Shown in pieces: positions 1 to 48,458 of a stretch of DNA of 64,000 bases (position 1 is the stretch's first letter; every line of letters starts with the position of its first letter). The notes under the pieces were generated by a model that did not search any database, was not told where the DNA came from, and saw only the letters and a program-made list of their open reading frames with translations. This DNA comes from Octopus vulgaris (taxonomy: Eukaryota), in assembly GCA_951406725.2 (NCBI GenBank), contig OX597839.1, positions 11,656,001 to 11,720,000 of the forward strand, read 5' to 3'. The translations under genes were made by a program, and so were the position numbers.

Positions 1-123
1 GGTGTATTTGGGATTGTGTGAGTTCTTAGTATGATGGTGCATAAGCATGTTTGTATACATTATCTCATCATCATATATATATATATATCTATAGAATAAT
101 ATGTGACAATTATTCAATAGCCA

Positions 124-186
124 AGATAAAACTCTGAGTTTCGGATGCCGAGGTGGAAATCCACAACACCATCTCTTCGGTTATCT
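124..186 (-). ncRNA. Hammerhead-like motif, variant core (CCGAAGA)
   Basis: AGAUAA CCGAAGA [hairpin with GUGGA/UCCAC] GAA ACUCAGAGU U^UUAUCU. Perfect 6-bp stem I and near-palindromic stem III, but U4C substitution and irregular stem II base. Confidence 0.5.
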
Positions 187-494
187 GGTCTCTGTCTTTC
201 TTTTGTTATCTTACTGTTTACACTAATATATATATATAGACACACACATACACACATGTGTTTGTGTAAAATACTGTATTAATATGAATGGTCCATCTAG
301 TGAATATCTTGTGCATATAAGAGTGTATATTAAACAATACAGTGATAAGAAGAGCATATATACAAAGTGTATGTTTGTGATTATTATCATTATAGTGTCT
401 ATCTTAGCACTGGAGTGTATACATACAGCAATGAGTATATATAAAGTAGTTATCTAGTGTGTTGCATATGGTTTGTGTTCTTACCAACACGCAC

Positions 495-524
495 ATACAT
501 GTGTGTGTGTGTATATATATGTAT

Positions 525-557
<33 letters not shown>

Positions 558-586
558 CATGTGTGTGTGTGTATATATATATGTAT

Positions 587-619
<33 letters not shown>

Positions 620-631
620 CATGTGTGTGTG

Positions 632-682
<51 letters not shown>
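495..682. repeat. (TA)n/(TG)n compound microsatellite
   Basis: Direct reading. Confidence 0.95.
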
Positions 683-684
<2 letters not shown>

Positions 685-1190
685 TCATTCTGTGATAGGT
701 CTGAATGCATATGTAACACAATTTGCTCTGATGGAAATTCTCTAAAGTGTTTTTCTTAATCTATTTAGATTTGTTTCTCAGATTCTAAGCTTTCAAGTAC
801 TAAATTGATGTCTAATATAATAGTATCTACCTACTCCTTCCGCCTACACCCCGCACCATCCATCTCCACTCCACCCAATACCCCCCCCCCCCGTCTACCA
901 TTTTCTTCACCCTACGCACCACATCTACCATTTCCTTCACCATGTACACCAGCACATACCAATTTCTTTAGCACATACACCACTCTGTACCATTGTGATG
1001 ATGTCTTAGGAATCTATTTATTTTATTCCAGAGAACATGTCCTGTACAAGAGAAGAATCATCATCTTGTTCTACCATTAATGCTGTTGCTTTCATTATCA
1101 TCATCAATATCACCAACACCATTAATAACCACTGTTACAACAGCATTTACGTGTTTACTTGAGCTCCTAGAAATAGCACCCAAAACACCC

Positions 1191-1418
1191 TTAACCCTTT
1201 CATTACTGTATTTATTTTGAGATGCTCTGTGTTTCTTTTAATTACTTTAAATATAACAAAGAATTTAGTAAAATAACTTGGTTGTCATTCAGCTAGTATT
1301 AGGAATATAAATTGTGACTAAAGTTTGGTGGAAGATTTTAATTCAACAAATATGAAAACAAGACATTTGTACTCAGAGCTAGAGCTGGTTTCAGCTGGGT
1401 TGGTAACGAAAGGGTTAA
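1191..1418 (+). mobile_element. piggyBac-like MITE
   Basis: TTAA|CCCTTT...GTAACGAAAGGG|TTAA. Reverse copy at 29499-29726, end fragment at 21421. Confidence 0.85.
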
Positions 1419-1764
1419 ACAGCAGCCTGCTATTCTAGATAAAGAAAAGCAAAATAGGTCCCAGCCCTCTGTTAGTTATGGCGATGAGGGTTTTAGTTGA
1501 TACAATCAATGGGACAGACTGCTCATGAAATTATTGTGCAAGTGGCTGAGCACTCTGCAGACATGTGTACCCTTAATGTGTGTAATTCTGAGGGAGATTC
1601 AGCATGACAATAGAGTACCACTCATTTTTACCAATAAAGTGTCTTGCTCAAGGACGCAACACACCACCAGGAATTGAACTCACAACCTTAGATTTGTGAG
1701 CCAAATGCCCTAACCAGTAAGCCACTCACCTTCACTTCATCTTAGATAACAAGACACATTTGGG

Positions 1765-2185
1765 ATCAGTGTCGCCTTACTGGTACTTGTGCCCGTGCTA
1801 GTAGGATGCCAAGAGCACCATCCGAGTGTGATCGTTACCAGAGCAGCCAACTGGCTTCTGTGCCAGTGGCACGTAAAAGGGCACCATTCGAGTGTGAACG
1901 TTACCAACGTCGCCTTACTGGCACCTGTGCTGGTGGCATGTGTAAAAGGATTTGAGTGAGGTCGTTACCAGTACTGCCTGACTGGCCCCTGTGACGGTAG
2001 CACGTAAAAAGCACCCACTACACTCTCGGAGTGGTTGGTGTTAGGAAGGGCATCCAGCTGTAGAAACTCTGCTAAATCAAGATTGTAGCCTGGTGCAGCC
2101 ATCTGGTTCGCCAGCCCTCAGTCAAAAATCGTCCAACCCATGCTAGCATGGAAAGCGGACGTTAAACGATGATGATGATGATGAT
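1765..2185 (+). mobile_element. SINE family C (internal short tandem repeats, (GAT)n tail); other copies ~11690-11950(-), 29115-29300(-), 33845-34030(-), 43075-43330, 44275-44570
   Basis: gttggcgttaggaagggcatccagctgtagaaac...catgctagcatggaaagcggacgttaaacgatgatgat recurs throughout the window. Confidence 0.85.
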
Positions 2186-2844
2186 TTAGGATTTATTTAT
2201 CAAATGTGATGCTCATTTATTTCCATTGTTTTTAACTAACCATGAATTATCTCGGGGCTACGAGATTTCAACAGTGTTATTGTTTACTTATAGAATGACG
2301 TTGTAGGGCAGGTATGAGAGGCTGGACCTGACCAGTTTGAATGCTAAAGGGTTAAATACACCTAAAATGATGGAGGGAGCATGGTTGGAGTGTCTGTAAT
2401 CGTAGTTCTAGGTCAACGTGTATGTATATAGTCATGAAGAGTTTCTTTTAGCACCATCTACTAAGTCCACTCTCAAGGTTTTGGTCAACCCAGTGCTGTA
2501 GTAGAGGACATCGGCCCAAGGTGCTACAAAGTGGTACTGAACCCAGAACCATGTGGTTGGGAAGCAAATTTCTTACCACACTTCCACTGCATGCCACCAC
2601 TGCCACCACACCTACCTATACACTGGTCAATGCTTTTCTGCTGCTCTTGCCCATACTGTTGTTTACAATCCACTACTACCAACAACATTTACCCACACTG
2701 TTGTTGTCTACAACCCACCACTACTGCTGCTTTTGCCTATACTTTAGTTGTTTGCTACCACAATGTAGTATAGGCTGTTGCCCTTACCCCAGTATTACTG
2801 CTGTCCCACTGACATTGTTTATTGCTATGACATATATATATCTT

Positions 2845-2849
2845 GCCTG

Positions 2850-2880
<31 letters not shown>

Positions 2881-3140
2881 TGCTACAACTACTACAGTTA
2901 CTATTACTACTTCAACTACCACTACATGTACTTCTACTTCACCTAGTACCAGTGTTGCTGCTGTAACTACTACTACTACCACTGCTACTACTACTACTAC
3001 TACTACAACTACTACTACTACCACTGCTACTACTACTACAGTTACTATTACTACTTCAACTACCACTACATGTACTTCTACTTCACCTAGTACCGGTGTT
3101 GCTGCTACTACTACTACTACTACTTCTACCACTGCTACTA
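2845..3140 (+). repeat. (ACT)n-derived compound repeat with internal duplication
   Basis: The block actactacagttactattactacttcaactaccactacatgtacttctacttcacctagtacc occurs twice. Confidence 0.85.
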
Positions 3141-3566
3141 GTTTTGCTGTTTCTTGGACAGACAGACAGACACCCCACACCTCATTATCTGGCAATGGAA
3201 TCTACTATTTAGATAACATTTCTTGCATCTCTGCAAGTTGATGGTGCTGCCATCTCCAATGTATTTAAATCTGTATACTACCACCATAACCACCACCGCC
3301 TTCACCAACACCACCACTTCACCTCCCGCCACTACCTCCATCAAAGCCATTCCTACTCTTACTACTACCACCATCACCATCATTGCCCACTGGCACCATT
3401 ATCTTTCTAACCATTTACGTTTCTCATCGGCTGACATTTCCAGTTATCAGAAACATGTCAAAGAAAGATGCCTTTTGAGCAAACAGATTACCATTCTGTA
3501 CATAGTTTCTAATTTCTGAAAGAGTCTTTCCACCCAGGCACCCAGCTATTGCTGTAATTTAAAAGG

Positions 3567-3920
3567 ATATATATATATGTGTGTGTGTGTGTATATATAT
3601 ATATGTATATATATGTGTATATATGTATATATGTATGTGTGTATATATATATATGTATATATATATATGTGTGTGTATATATATATATATGTGTGTGTAT
3701 ATATATATGTATATATATATGTGTATATATATACGTGTGTATATATATATATATACGTGTGTATATATATATACGTGTGTATATATATATATACATGTAT
3801 ATATATATGTGTATATATATATGTATATATATATATGTATATATATATATGTGTATATATATATGTATATATATATATGTATATATATATATGTGTATAT
3901 ATATATGTATATATATATAT
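3567..3920. repeat. (TA)n/(TG)n compound microsatellite
   Basis: Direct reading. Confidence 0.95.
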
Positions 3921-4489
3921 CCATCATGGTATCAACCAGACTATCAGATGTTCTTATACACCACTGGTTGCAATGTGCTTCGTATCGTTGTAGCTTTCAA
4001 ATGCTGCTGCCCCCAACCCACCCCACCCCTGCCAACTAGGCAAACAGGCGAACATTCCCCCACTGATGGGAAGGCTATTCCATCACAAGGTTATTTTTAC
4101 CAGCTGAGTGGACTAAAGCAGCATGAAGTGTTTTGCTCAAGAACACCATGCACCCCCCCCCTCTGCTATGATTGTACGTGCACCTTCTCACAGAAACATA
4201 CACACACATGATCCATTGCTATTGCTAGCTACATCCCCTTCAGTATCACTGATAGTTCTCAGGCGGTGGTATTGTTTTCAGTTGTGTTTGTTTGTTTGTC
4301 TGTGGACAAGATATCTCATGGACCACTGGATGGATTCAGATGAAACTTTCAGAGATATTTGGCCTCATGACTAGCATAAACTGATTCGATTTCGGGATTG
4401 ATATTTTAAAAATCATCTCTGGTTAATCATTGAGAGGACGTTGGTGTTGCCTTGGCAGAAATTTATGCTCTCTGAGTGCCCTCTCTCTC

Positions 4490-4900
4490 TTTACTCTTTT
4501 ACTTGTTTCAGTCATTTGACTGTGGCCATGGTGGAGCACCGCCTTTAGTCGAGCAAATATCGACTCCAGGACTTATTCTTTGTAAGCCTAGTACTTATTC
4601 TATCAGCCTCTTTTGCCGAACCACTAAGTTACAGGGACATAAACACACCAGCATCAGTTGTCAAGCAATGTTGGTGGGGGGACAAACACAGACACACACA
4701 CACACACACACACATACATATATATATGTGTGTGTATATATATATATATATATAAACGACAAGCTTCTTTCAATTTCCGCCTACCAAATACACTCACAAG
4801 GCTTTGGTCGGCCCGAGGCTATAGTAGAAGACACTTGCCCAATGTGCCACGCAGTGGGACTGAACCCGGAACCATGTGGTTGGTAAGCAAGCTACTTACC
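4490..4900 (-). mobile_element. SINE family A copy
   Basis: Reverse complement of the family A consensus. Confidence 0.85.
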
Positions 4901-6404
4901 AGACGGTCACTCCTATGCCCTTGTTATTATTGTTGTTTTCTTTATTCAACTTCTAATGCTGGAGATATTACATTGTCATCTGTTTACTACCACTGTAAAC
5001 AGCTGAGGTATCAACCCTTATTTTTCAAGCAGTGCTGTTTTCTGCAAGTGCTCCACCCATACTGCCAACCCCTATTTGTTCAGTGTACTTTCAAAGATCT
5101 TTATTTGCTATTCTTAAGGCTCCAATTATTGGTATTACTACCACCTTTCCCAGTGACCACAACTGCTTAACCTCCCAAGCTAACCTTTTATATCTATTGC
5201 CTTATTTTTTCTTCTTTATCACTTATCTTCTTGTCAGCTGGACGTGCTATATCTATGATCCAGTTCTGTTGTCACTCCTTAGATGACATATGCCATACCT
5301 AGTATTGTCTTTCAGTCTACGCTGTTAACTCATTACTGCCCATGTGCTTACTCCTGCGTGGCACCTTGGGCAAGTGTCTTCTACTATAGCTTCGGGCTGA
5401 CCAAAGCCTTGTGAGTGGATTTGGTAGACAGGAACTGAAAGAAGCCCGTCGTATATATGTATATGCCGGTGGCACATAAAAAGCACCCACTACACTCACG
5501 GAGTGGTTGGCGTTAGGAAGGGCAACAAGCTGTAGAAACACTGCCAGATCTGACTGGAGCCTGGTGCAGTCTCCTGGCTTCCCAGACCCCGGTTGAATCG
5601 TCCAACCCATGCTAGCATGGAAAACGGACGTTAAACGATGATGATGATGAATCACTATCACCATCATCATCATCATCATCATTATTATTATTATTATTAT
5701 TATTATTAGATTATTGTTGTGTGATCAACTTTGCCATCATTCATCTTATCTGAAGAGTTATCATCAATGAAATCAACCTCAGTCCTTGACTGAAAATGGA
5801 TATGTGGTTTAACTGCCATCACTCAGTTTATTCCCCTTTTCTGTCTTGTACATCTGTTTTACAGATTACATCTGCTGCATCAGTTTACATCTGTTTAATG
5901 TGTTAAACTTAAGTGCTGTGTGACTGTTTTTCTGTTTAACTCTCCTGACACCAACCTGCCTGAGACTGCATTCAGCTCTCTGATACAGACTTCCTGTTTT
6001 AAAGGGATTCAATTTAAAACCGTCCATCAAAATTTCTTTTTAATTCATATTCCAAATACCAACTTAATACAGCTGGGGTTTTTTTTTGCCTTTTACTTGT
6101 TTTACTCATTAGACTGCGACCATGCTGGGGCACCACCTTGTGGAATTTCTCGTTAAATGAATCAACTTTAGTGCTTCTTTCCTTTTGTTTTTTTTTAAAG
6201 TCTGGTACCTACTCTATTGGTCTCGTTTGCTGATCCACTAAGTTACGGGGACTTAAATACACTAATACCAGTTGCCAAGCAGTGGGCAGGAACACATACA
6301 CACACACACATGCAGCGTGTTAATGATTCTGCCAGCTCACTGCCTTAAATTGTGCATCTTACTCGCATGATAACTGAACTCATATACATGCTTCAGCATG
6401 TATG

Positions 6405-6557
6405 TAGGAGTGGCTGTGTGGTAAGTAGCTTGCTTACGAACCACATGGTTCCGGGTTCAGTCCCACTGCATGGCACCTTGGGCAAGTGTCTTCTACTATA
6501 GCTTTGGGCCGACCAAAGCCTTGTGAGTAGATTTGGTAGACGGAAACTGAAAGAAGC

Positions 6558-6594
<37 letters not shown>

Positions 6595-6822
6595 ATGTAT
6601 ATGTTTGTGTGTGTTTGTGTCTCTGTGTTTGTCCCCCCAACATCGCTTGACAACCGATGCTGGTGTGTTTACGTCCCCGTAACTTAGGGGTTCAGCAAAA
6701 GAGACCAATAGAATAAGTACTAGGCTTACAAAGAATAAGTCCTGGGGTTGATTTGCTCGACTAAAAGGCGGTGCTCCAGCATGACCACAGTCAAATGACT
6801 GAAACAAGTAAAAGAGTAAGAG
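6405..6822 (+). mobile_element. tRNA-derived SINE family A, full length (~20+ copies in window)
   Basis: A/B-box-like head (tggctgtgtggtaag...gggttcagtccc), internal (TA)n(TG)n, tail ccagcatggccgcagtcaaatgactgaaacaagtaaaagag. Confidence 0.9.
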
Positions 6823-8155
6823 TATGTCTACTGTTCCCCAATTTCCACTTAAGTAACTTCTAGTAGTAGTTGTAGTAGCAGTGATTGTTTCTGATTTAGA
6901 CACAAGGCCAGGAATTTTGAGGGCAGGGATTAACCATCAACCCCTCTCACAATATTTCCTCTAACAACATTTCCTATTAACCTAGAGGTACCAGATTCAA
7001 CTGCTATATGAACTGTTAAAAGAAGCACCCATTGAAGCATACAAGGGAACCTATATCTGATTGCTCGACTTGTTAGAAATAGCAACCAAATTTCCCTCCA
7101 ATCATATCCTGCCACTGTATTTTTAATGAATAGATTGTGTTTCATTCCATTTTCAATGTAATTAGCTTTTGGAAGGATTCAGGAAACCATTTGTAACATT
7201 ATAAGTCGGCCAAATGAGATTTTAATCACAATCAAATTTAATATAATTTAAATACAAATACTTTAGTACTGGTCGTTTCAAGCTGGTTGGTAGAAAGAAC
7301 TACATTAGCTCTTGTCATATATAACCCTAAAAAGAGACCGGATGGTCATAATTGGAATGGTTGTTATCAAAACAACTCTAAATGATAATTCACTTAAGGC
7401 TTATCAACAACCACTAACATGTATGGGTATTTGCTTGTGAGAGTTCATTTTCAGTATAACCTTTCTTCATCTGACACAAGATCTCCTCCTCTAATGCCCC
7501 CACCTGTCTCTGCCTCGTTGTCTCTTTGATCCCTTCCTCCAATGCCTTCTCTCCCCTCAAAATTCCTTGTCTTGCAAGTTACTTGGTGACCCTGCCAGTG
7601 CTTGCCCCACTTAAAAAGCATCCAATCCACACTGTAAAGTAGTTAGTTGGCATTTGGAAGGGCATCTAACTTCAAAAACGATATTATCAGTGCTGGTGTC
7701 AAGTAAAAAGCACTGAGCCCACTCTGCAGAGTGGATGGTCTTAGAAAGGGCATTCAGCTGTAAAAACCCTGCCAAAACAGACACGGTAGCCAGGAGTAGT
7801 CTTCTACTTGGCTGGCTCCTGTCAAACCATCCAACCCAAGCCAGCATGGAAGGGGAAAGTTAAATGATCATGATGATGATGATGTGTGTCCTTTTTTTTC
7901 AATAGAAATTCTTCTCTAAAGCCTCCCCCTCTTCCTCATGTTCCTGGGTTTAAACCTAACCTAGGTGAACTTTGCCCTTCGTATCTTCAGTTTCTATGTA
8001 TGGCTCTTCATAGAAGGTCCTACGGGTTTATTGGCATCTTACTTGTTTGTATCTTTCATCTGTTATAAAAACGGAGATAGTGTTGATTTTCTTCAGTTAC
8101 TCTGTGTGTGTGTGTCTATGCATGTGTAACAATCTCTCTTTCTCTCTCTCTCTCT

Positions 8156-8200
<45 letters not shown>

Positions 8201-8930
8201 CATGTGCTTAATGTCTGAAGTCCAAAACCTGAGTTTTACTGCACATACTCACACCACAGTAAAGGTACCATAGAACAACAGTATATGGACCACACTATTA
8301 CAGGAATTGAATCAAGAAGAGAGCTTCTACATGGGGTCATTTGACCAGCTGAACATTGCAGTCAAAGTTCCCTGAAATTGTTATCTTATCATCTTAAAGC
8401 ATGAAGAACACACAAATTAATGTAGTTTTAATTTGGTGAGGGGAGAAAGTTGTGGCACTCAGAGCATGGCAGGGCCTACATAGACTGATGGGTGAAGGAA
8501 AAACTGTTAACATTGATGTAGGGCATGGCTGTGTTGTGAGAAGTTTGCTTTCCAACCACATGGGTTCCAGGTTCAGTCCCACTGTATGACACCTTGGGCA
8601 GGTGTCTTCTTTCTATAGTCTCGTGCCAATCTGCTCACAAGGCTTTGGTAGACAGCTTTCTTCCTTATGTTAGAGAGTTGCTCATTTCTCTCAAAATGAC
8701 TGTAAACAAATTTAGCTTGATTCGTGTGATATCAGGCATTTTAGGATTGGCTGATTGATAGCCTTGTGTGGTACTAGGTCTTAGAAACAGCTAAGAGATA
8801 AGCTATTTCTCTGGTATAGTATTTTTCTTCTTACCCCCTCCCCCCGGCCATCCCAGGCTGGATAATTTATTCAAACGCATACAACAAAGTAGACCATGGT
8901 GGCATTTGAAGGATGATAGGTTAACAATCT

Positions 8931-9156
8931 AGGCGAGCTGGCAGAAACGTTAGCACACTGGGCGAAATGCATAGCCGTATTTCGTCTGCCGTTACGTTCT
9001 GGGTTCAAATTCCGTCAAGGTCGACTTTGCCTTTCATCCTTTCGGGGATAAATTAAGTACCAGTTACGCACTGGGGTCGATGTTATCGACTTAATCCGTT
9101 TGTCTGTCCTTGTTTGTCCCCTCTGTGTTTAGCCCCTTGTGGGTAGTAAAGAAATA
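8931..9156 (+). mobile_element. SINE family B with 16-bp TSD
   Basis: ggcgagctggcaga...gttcaaattcc...gtcgactttgcctttcatcctttcgggg...agccccttgtgggtagtaaagaaata. TSD GATAGGTTAACAATCT at 8915-8930 and 9157-9172. Confidence 0.9.
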
Positions 9157-9693
9157 GATAGGTTAACAATCTTATATACACATAATGTAAGGGAGACAGG
9201 GAGAGGCAGAATGGTCGTTGATATAACCACAAGAATATTATTATAGATGTTAGTGAGCAAAGTGTAATTTCCATTTTTTTTTTTCTAGAAAATAAGTGTA
9301 ATATTATAATGTATGTACACATAGACACAGGCATCGCTGTGTGGTAAGAAGTTTGCTTCCCAGCCACATAGTTCTAGGTTCAGTCCCACATCATGGCACC
9401 TTGGAAAAGTGTCTTCTACTATAGCCTTGCTCTAAGAAAAGCCTTCTTGGTAAATTTGGTTGACAGAGACTGAAAGAAACTCACCATATGTATGTGAAGC
9501 CTGGCAAGTTTGTGTGTGTGTATTTTGTATCTTTTACTTGTTTCAGTCATTAGACTGTGGCCATGCTGGGGCACTGCCTCAAAGAATCGACCCCAGTACT
9601 TATTTTTCTTAAACTTGGTACTTAATCTATTGGTCTCTTTTGCCAAACTACTAAGTCATAGGGACATGTATGTATATATATATATATATATAT

Positions 9694-9724
<31 letters not shown>

Positions 9725-9726
<2 letters not shown>

Positions 9727-9910
9727 CAGATCGTTAGCCACTACACACATTTTTTTCTCTCCTTGTTTTTTTCTGTGTCCCTTTCTGTAGAAGAGCATAG
9801 GCTCGAAACGTAACAGACTTTTTCTATTCCTGAGCATTATAGAAACATCTGTTTGTTTTGTACACTACCTGTCTTCGTCTTTGGTTTTTTTTCGTAAACA
9901 CTCCCTATAT
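9725..9910 (+). mobile_element. Dispersed ~190-bp repeat with hammerhead-like motif (putative Penelope-like element end); other copies 44984-45151 and 58250-58380
   Basis: Three recognisably homologous copies. CTGTAGAAGAGCATAGGCTCGAAACGT at 9785-9811. The 44984-45151 copy is flanked by the direct repeat CAGATGATAATATATA. Confidence 0.55.
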
Positions 9911-10534
9911 ATATATATGTGTGTGTGTGTGTGTTTGTGTCTGTGCACCCCTGCCACTTGACAACAACTAATATTGATTTGTTGACATCCCTATAACTAA
10001 GCAGTTTTAGAGACCAATAGAAATACCAGGCTTAAAAACAATTACAGAGATCAATTTGTTTTGACTAAACCCTTCAAGCCAGTGCCCCAGCATGGCCGCA
10101 GTCTAAGCCTGAAACAAATAAGCAATAAAAGATATACCTTAGCCCTGTGTGTGTGTGTGTGTGTGTGTTTGGGATTAGCCCCTATGTAATGATAACTATG
10201 TTTAGGATTAACACTGCCTAGTAACAACCCTTCTCTCCTCTTCCCAACGGTCAGTGACAATAATATCTGCATTAGTGTGATAATGTAATTTCAGGATTAC
10301 GATATGTAATAAAAAGGAGAGGTGGAGTGGGTTCGGCGAGCAGGACCATGTGGCTCGTTAAGAGTTATGGCTGGGTATGAGTTAATTATCAATAAATGTA
10401 AAGCAATGACTAATGCGATTAATGAGTTTCGATCCCAGTTCCCTTCTTCTCCTCTCCCATCTCCCTTCTCCTTTCACACTAACCTTGTTTCTATCAATCT
10501 CCTTTGCTCTCTCTCTATCCCTTCCTGTCTCTTG

Positions 10535-10830
10535 TTCCCTCTCTCTCTCATTTCTCTTTCCCCCTCTCTCTCTCTTCCTCATCTCTCCTTCCCTCTCTCT
10601 CTCTCATCTCTCCTTCCCTCTCTCTCTCTCATCTCTCCTTCCGTCTCTCTCTCTCATCTCTCCTTCCCTCTCTCTCTCTCATCTCTCCTTCCGTCTCTCT
10701 CTCTCATCTCTCCTTCCCTCCCTCTCTTTCTCATCTCTCCTTCCCTCTCGCTCTCTCATCTCTCCTTCCCTCCTCTCTCATCTCTCCTTCCCTCTCTCTC
10801 TCTCCTTCTCTCTCCCCCCCCCCTCTCTCC
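10535..10830 (+). repeat. Polypyrimidine minisatellite (TCATCTCTCCTTCCCTCTCTCTC)n
   Basis: About 9 units of ~23-27 bp. Confidence 0.9.
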
Positions 10831-13148
10831 AGTGTTTACATAGCTTCAAGACCTTTCCTATTTCTTCAAATGTGCCAATGGTCATTACTATCGTTTCAGC
10901 AGAAATTATTATTTTCGTATCACGGATAACATGCTAATTAATCAATAGCTCTGTCACTAAGCTAATCGTTAATTAGCACAGACCAATCACGACAACTTGG
11001 GAGAAGATCAATCGATAATTAGAACATATCTTCAGCAAATTTCATTGCATTTCACTTCATCTTCTTCTCTGACAGAGTACCATTCTCTCTCTCTCTCTCT
11101 CTCTCTACTTTCCTCTCTCTCTCTTTTTCTCCCTTTTCTCTTCCTTTCTCTGTCTGTGTCCTATTTGTCTGTCTGTCTCTCTCTCTCTCCTATGTGTCTT
11201 CACCCTCTCTGCTTCCCTTACTCTCTGTTTCTCTCTCTCCCCATGCCTGCAGGTTTGTGTAACTATCTGTACATGTGCTTGCATGTGTGTGTGTGTGTGT
11301 GTGGCAGTTGAAAAACAAAGCTTTCACCGGGGTGAGGTTTTCATATAGAAACATTTCGTCTTGGTTACTGGTCCATTCACTTTCTCGTCCCCAACCACCT
11401 CCACCAGACCCATACAATGTGAAAGTGAGAGAGACCTATTAATTAGTTGATTACATTATGACTATACAGCCTACTTTCACTGTTTGTTTCCTTTGACAAC
11501 AATTTGCTCCATTTATACATTCTAACATCTCTGTTATATATGAATGTATATGTTTGTATACAACTCTGTGTGTGTCTGTATATGTGTTGTTTTCTTACTT
11601 ATCAGATATTTCAAGCAGTTGTCCAACCAATTGTCCACATAGTTCTTGCAATAATTGTTCTTATATCCCTAGCATCATCATCATTATCATCATCATTTAA
11701 CGTCCGCTTTCCATGCTAGCATGGGTTGGACGATTTGACTGAGGGCTGGCGAACCAGATGGCTGTACCAGGCTCCAATCTTGCTCTGGCAGAGTTTCTAC
11801 AGCTGGATGCCCTTCCTAACGCCAACCACTCCGAGAGTGTAGTGGGTGCTTTTTACGTGCCACCGGCACGGGGGCCAGTCATGCGGTACTGGCAATGACC
11901 TCGCTCGAATCTTTTTACTCGTGCCACCGGCACAGGTGCCAGTGAAGCGATGTTAGAGCAGTTGTCCATGTCTCTCGCAATTTGTCCACATATTTCTGAC
12001 AATTTGAAACTCTTTTAATACTTGTTAAGAGACGAGTTTGATTGCAGATCTGACCCAAACACATGCAACAGTGCCGATCCTGTTAAAGACAACCAAGGGT
12101 CGGTTGACAACCTGGTAGAGGATTAATTCCACAATCCAAGAACAGTAATTGTCCCTTCAGTAGGCTTCAGCACAGTTTCTGTGAACCACATGTCGCTTAC
12201 AAGTTACTTACCAAAGTCACCACATGGTTTGGACTTGAACCTGACACCATCTGAAGCAAACTTCTCAAAATCATACAGCTGCGCCTTTTTGTGTGTATTA
12301 TTTTGAATGCTTCAGGTAGCAAGTAATCCAGTACAACCTGTTACACAGTCATCAGCAACTAAATCAGGAGCCCCACTATGCTTTGCTGGAGAGGAGGGTT
12401 GCTAGAAACCCAGCAGGGCAGACCCTAAGCCGCATCAAAAAGATGCATAAACCTATCAGAGGGTCAGTTCCTATCCAGCTGTAGTGCTCAGGAACCTGGA
12501 AATACTTGAAATGGTGACTCCTTTGGGAATGATGGATCTTTTGTAAAGGAGTGAATTGGTCACCCTTACCACGGTTATGGGGCCTTGTGTGTATTGCCCT
12601 GATCCCTTGTGAATAAATCCAGGGAGACAGATGACTATGGGAATACACCTTGAGAGAGAGAAAAGCAAATTATGGCAGTTAACTCTTACATAGTTTCAAA
12701 CAGACTGGGTTTTCCTCGGCTTCCTGCAGCTGAAGAAACCAATGATCTTGGGCCACCCTTGCCATTAAATCTATATTCTTTACAACAAACACACTGATAC
12801 TGGGAAATGTGCTCCTCCTATGCCTCTAAAAAGTCTCTTTGCACTCTGACAGGTTGTGGTCCCTCATCATAGTTCACCTATTTTAAAATAACATGTGATA
12901 ACTGTGCCTTTATTATTTCTGAATTAATAATGCCTGCACCACATATTTCTAGCAATTATTCTGAAACAGTTTTTGCATTTTGTCAACAGATTTCTTGCAG
13001 TTGTCCACACATTTTCTAACTTTTGCTTACATATTTTTAGTAGTTGTCTGTATATTTCTAGCAATCGTTTACTTATTTTCTGACTTTTGACTACCTTTTT
13101 ATGACAGTTTTCTGTATATCTCTAATAATTTTTTTCCTTTCATTTCAG

Positions 13149-48458
<35,310 letters not shown>

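Noticed and set aside
404-759. YI/HT/CV-rich ORFs here and at 3509-4211, 34236-34536, 50655-50900, 52010-52922, 58006-58636
   Set aside because: Translations of (TA)n/(CA)n microsatellites, open in all frames for lack of stop codons.
2755-3241. Thr-rich mucin-like and Val-rich ORFs
   Set aside because: (ACT)n-derived simple repeat with no convincing splice context.
4658-5170. Recurrent peptides such as RASFSFRLPNPLTRLWSARGYSRRHLPKVPRSGTEPGTMWLV
   Set aside because: Translations of SINE family A copies, not a gene family.
10322-10937. Ser/Leu/Pro-rich ORFs of 141-174 aa
   Set aside because: Products of the CT minisatellite.
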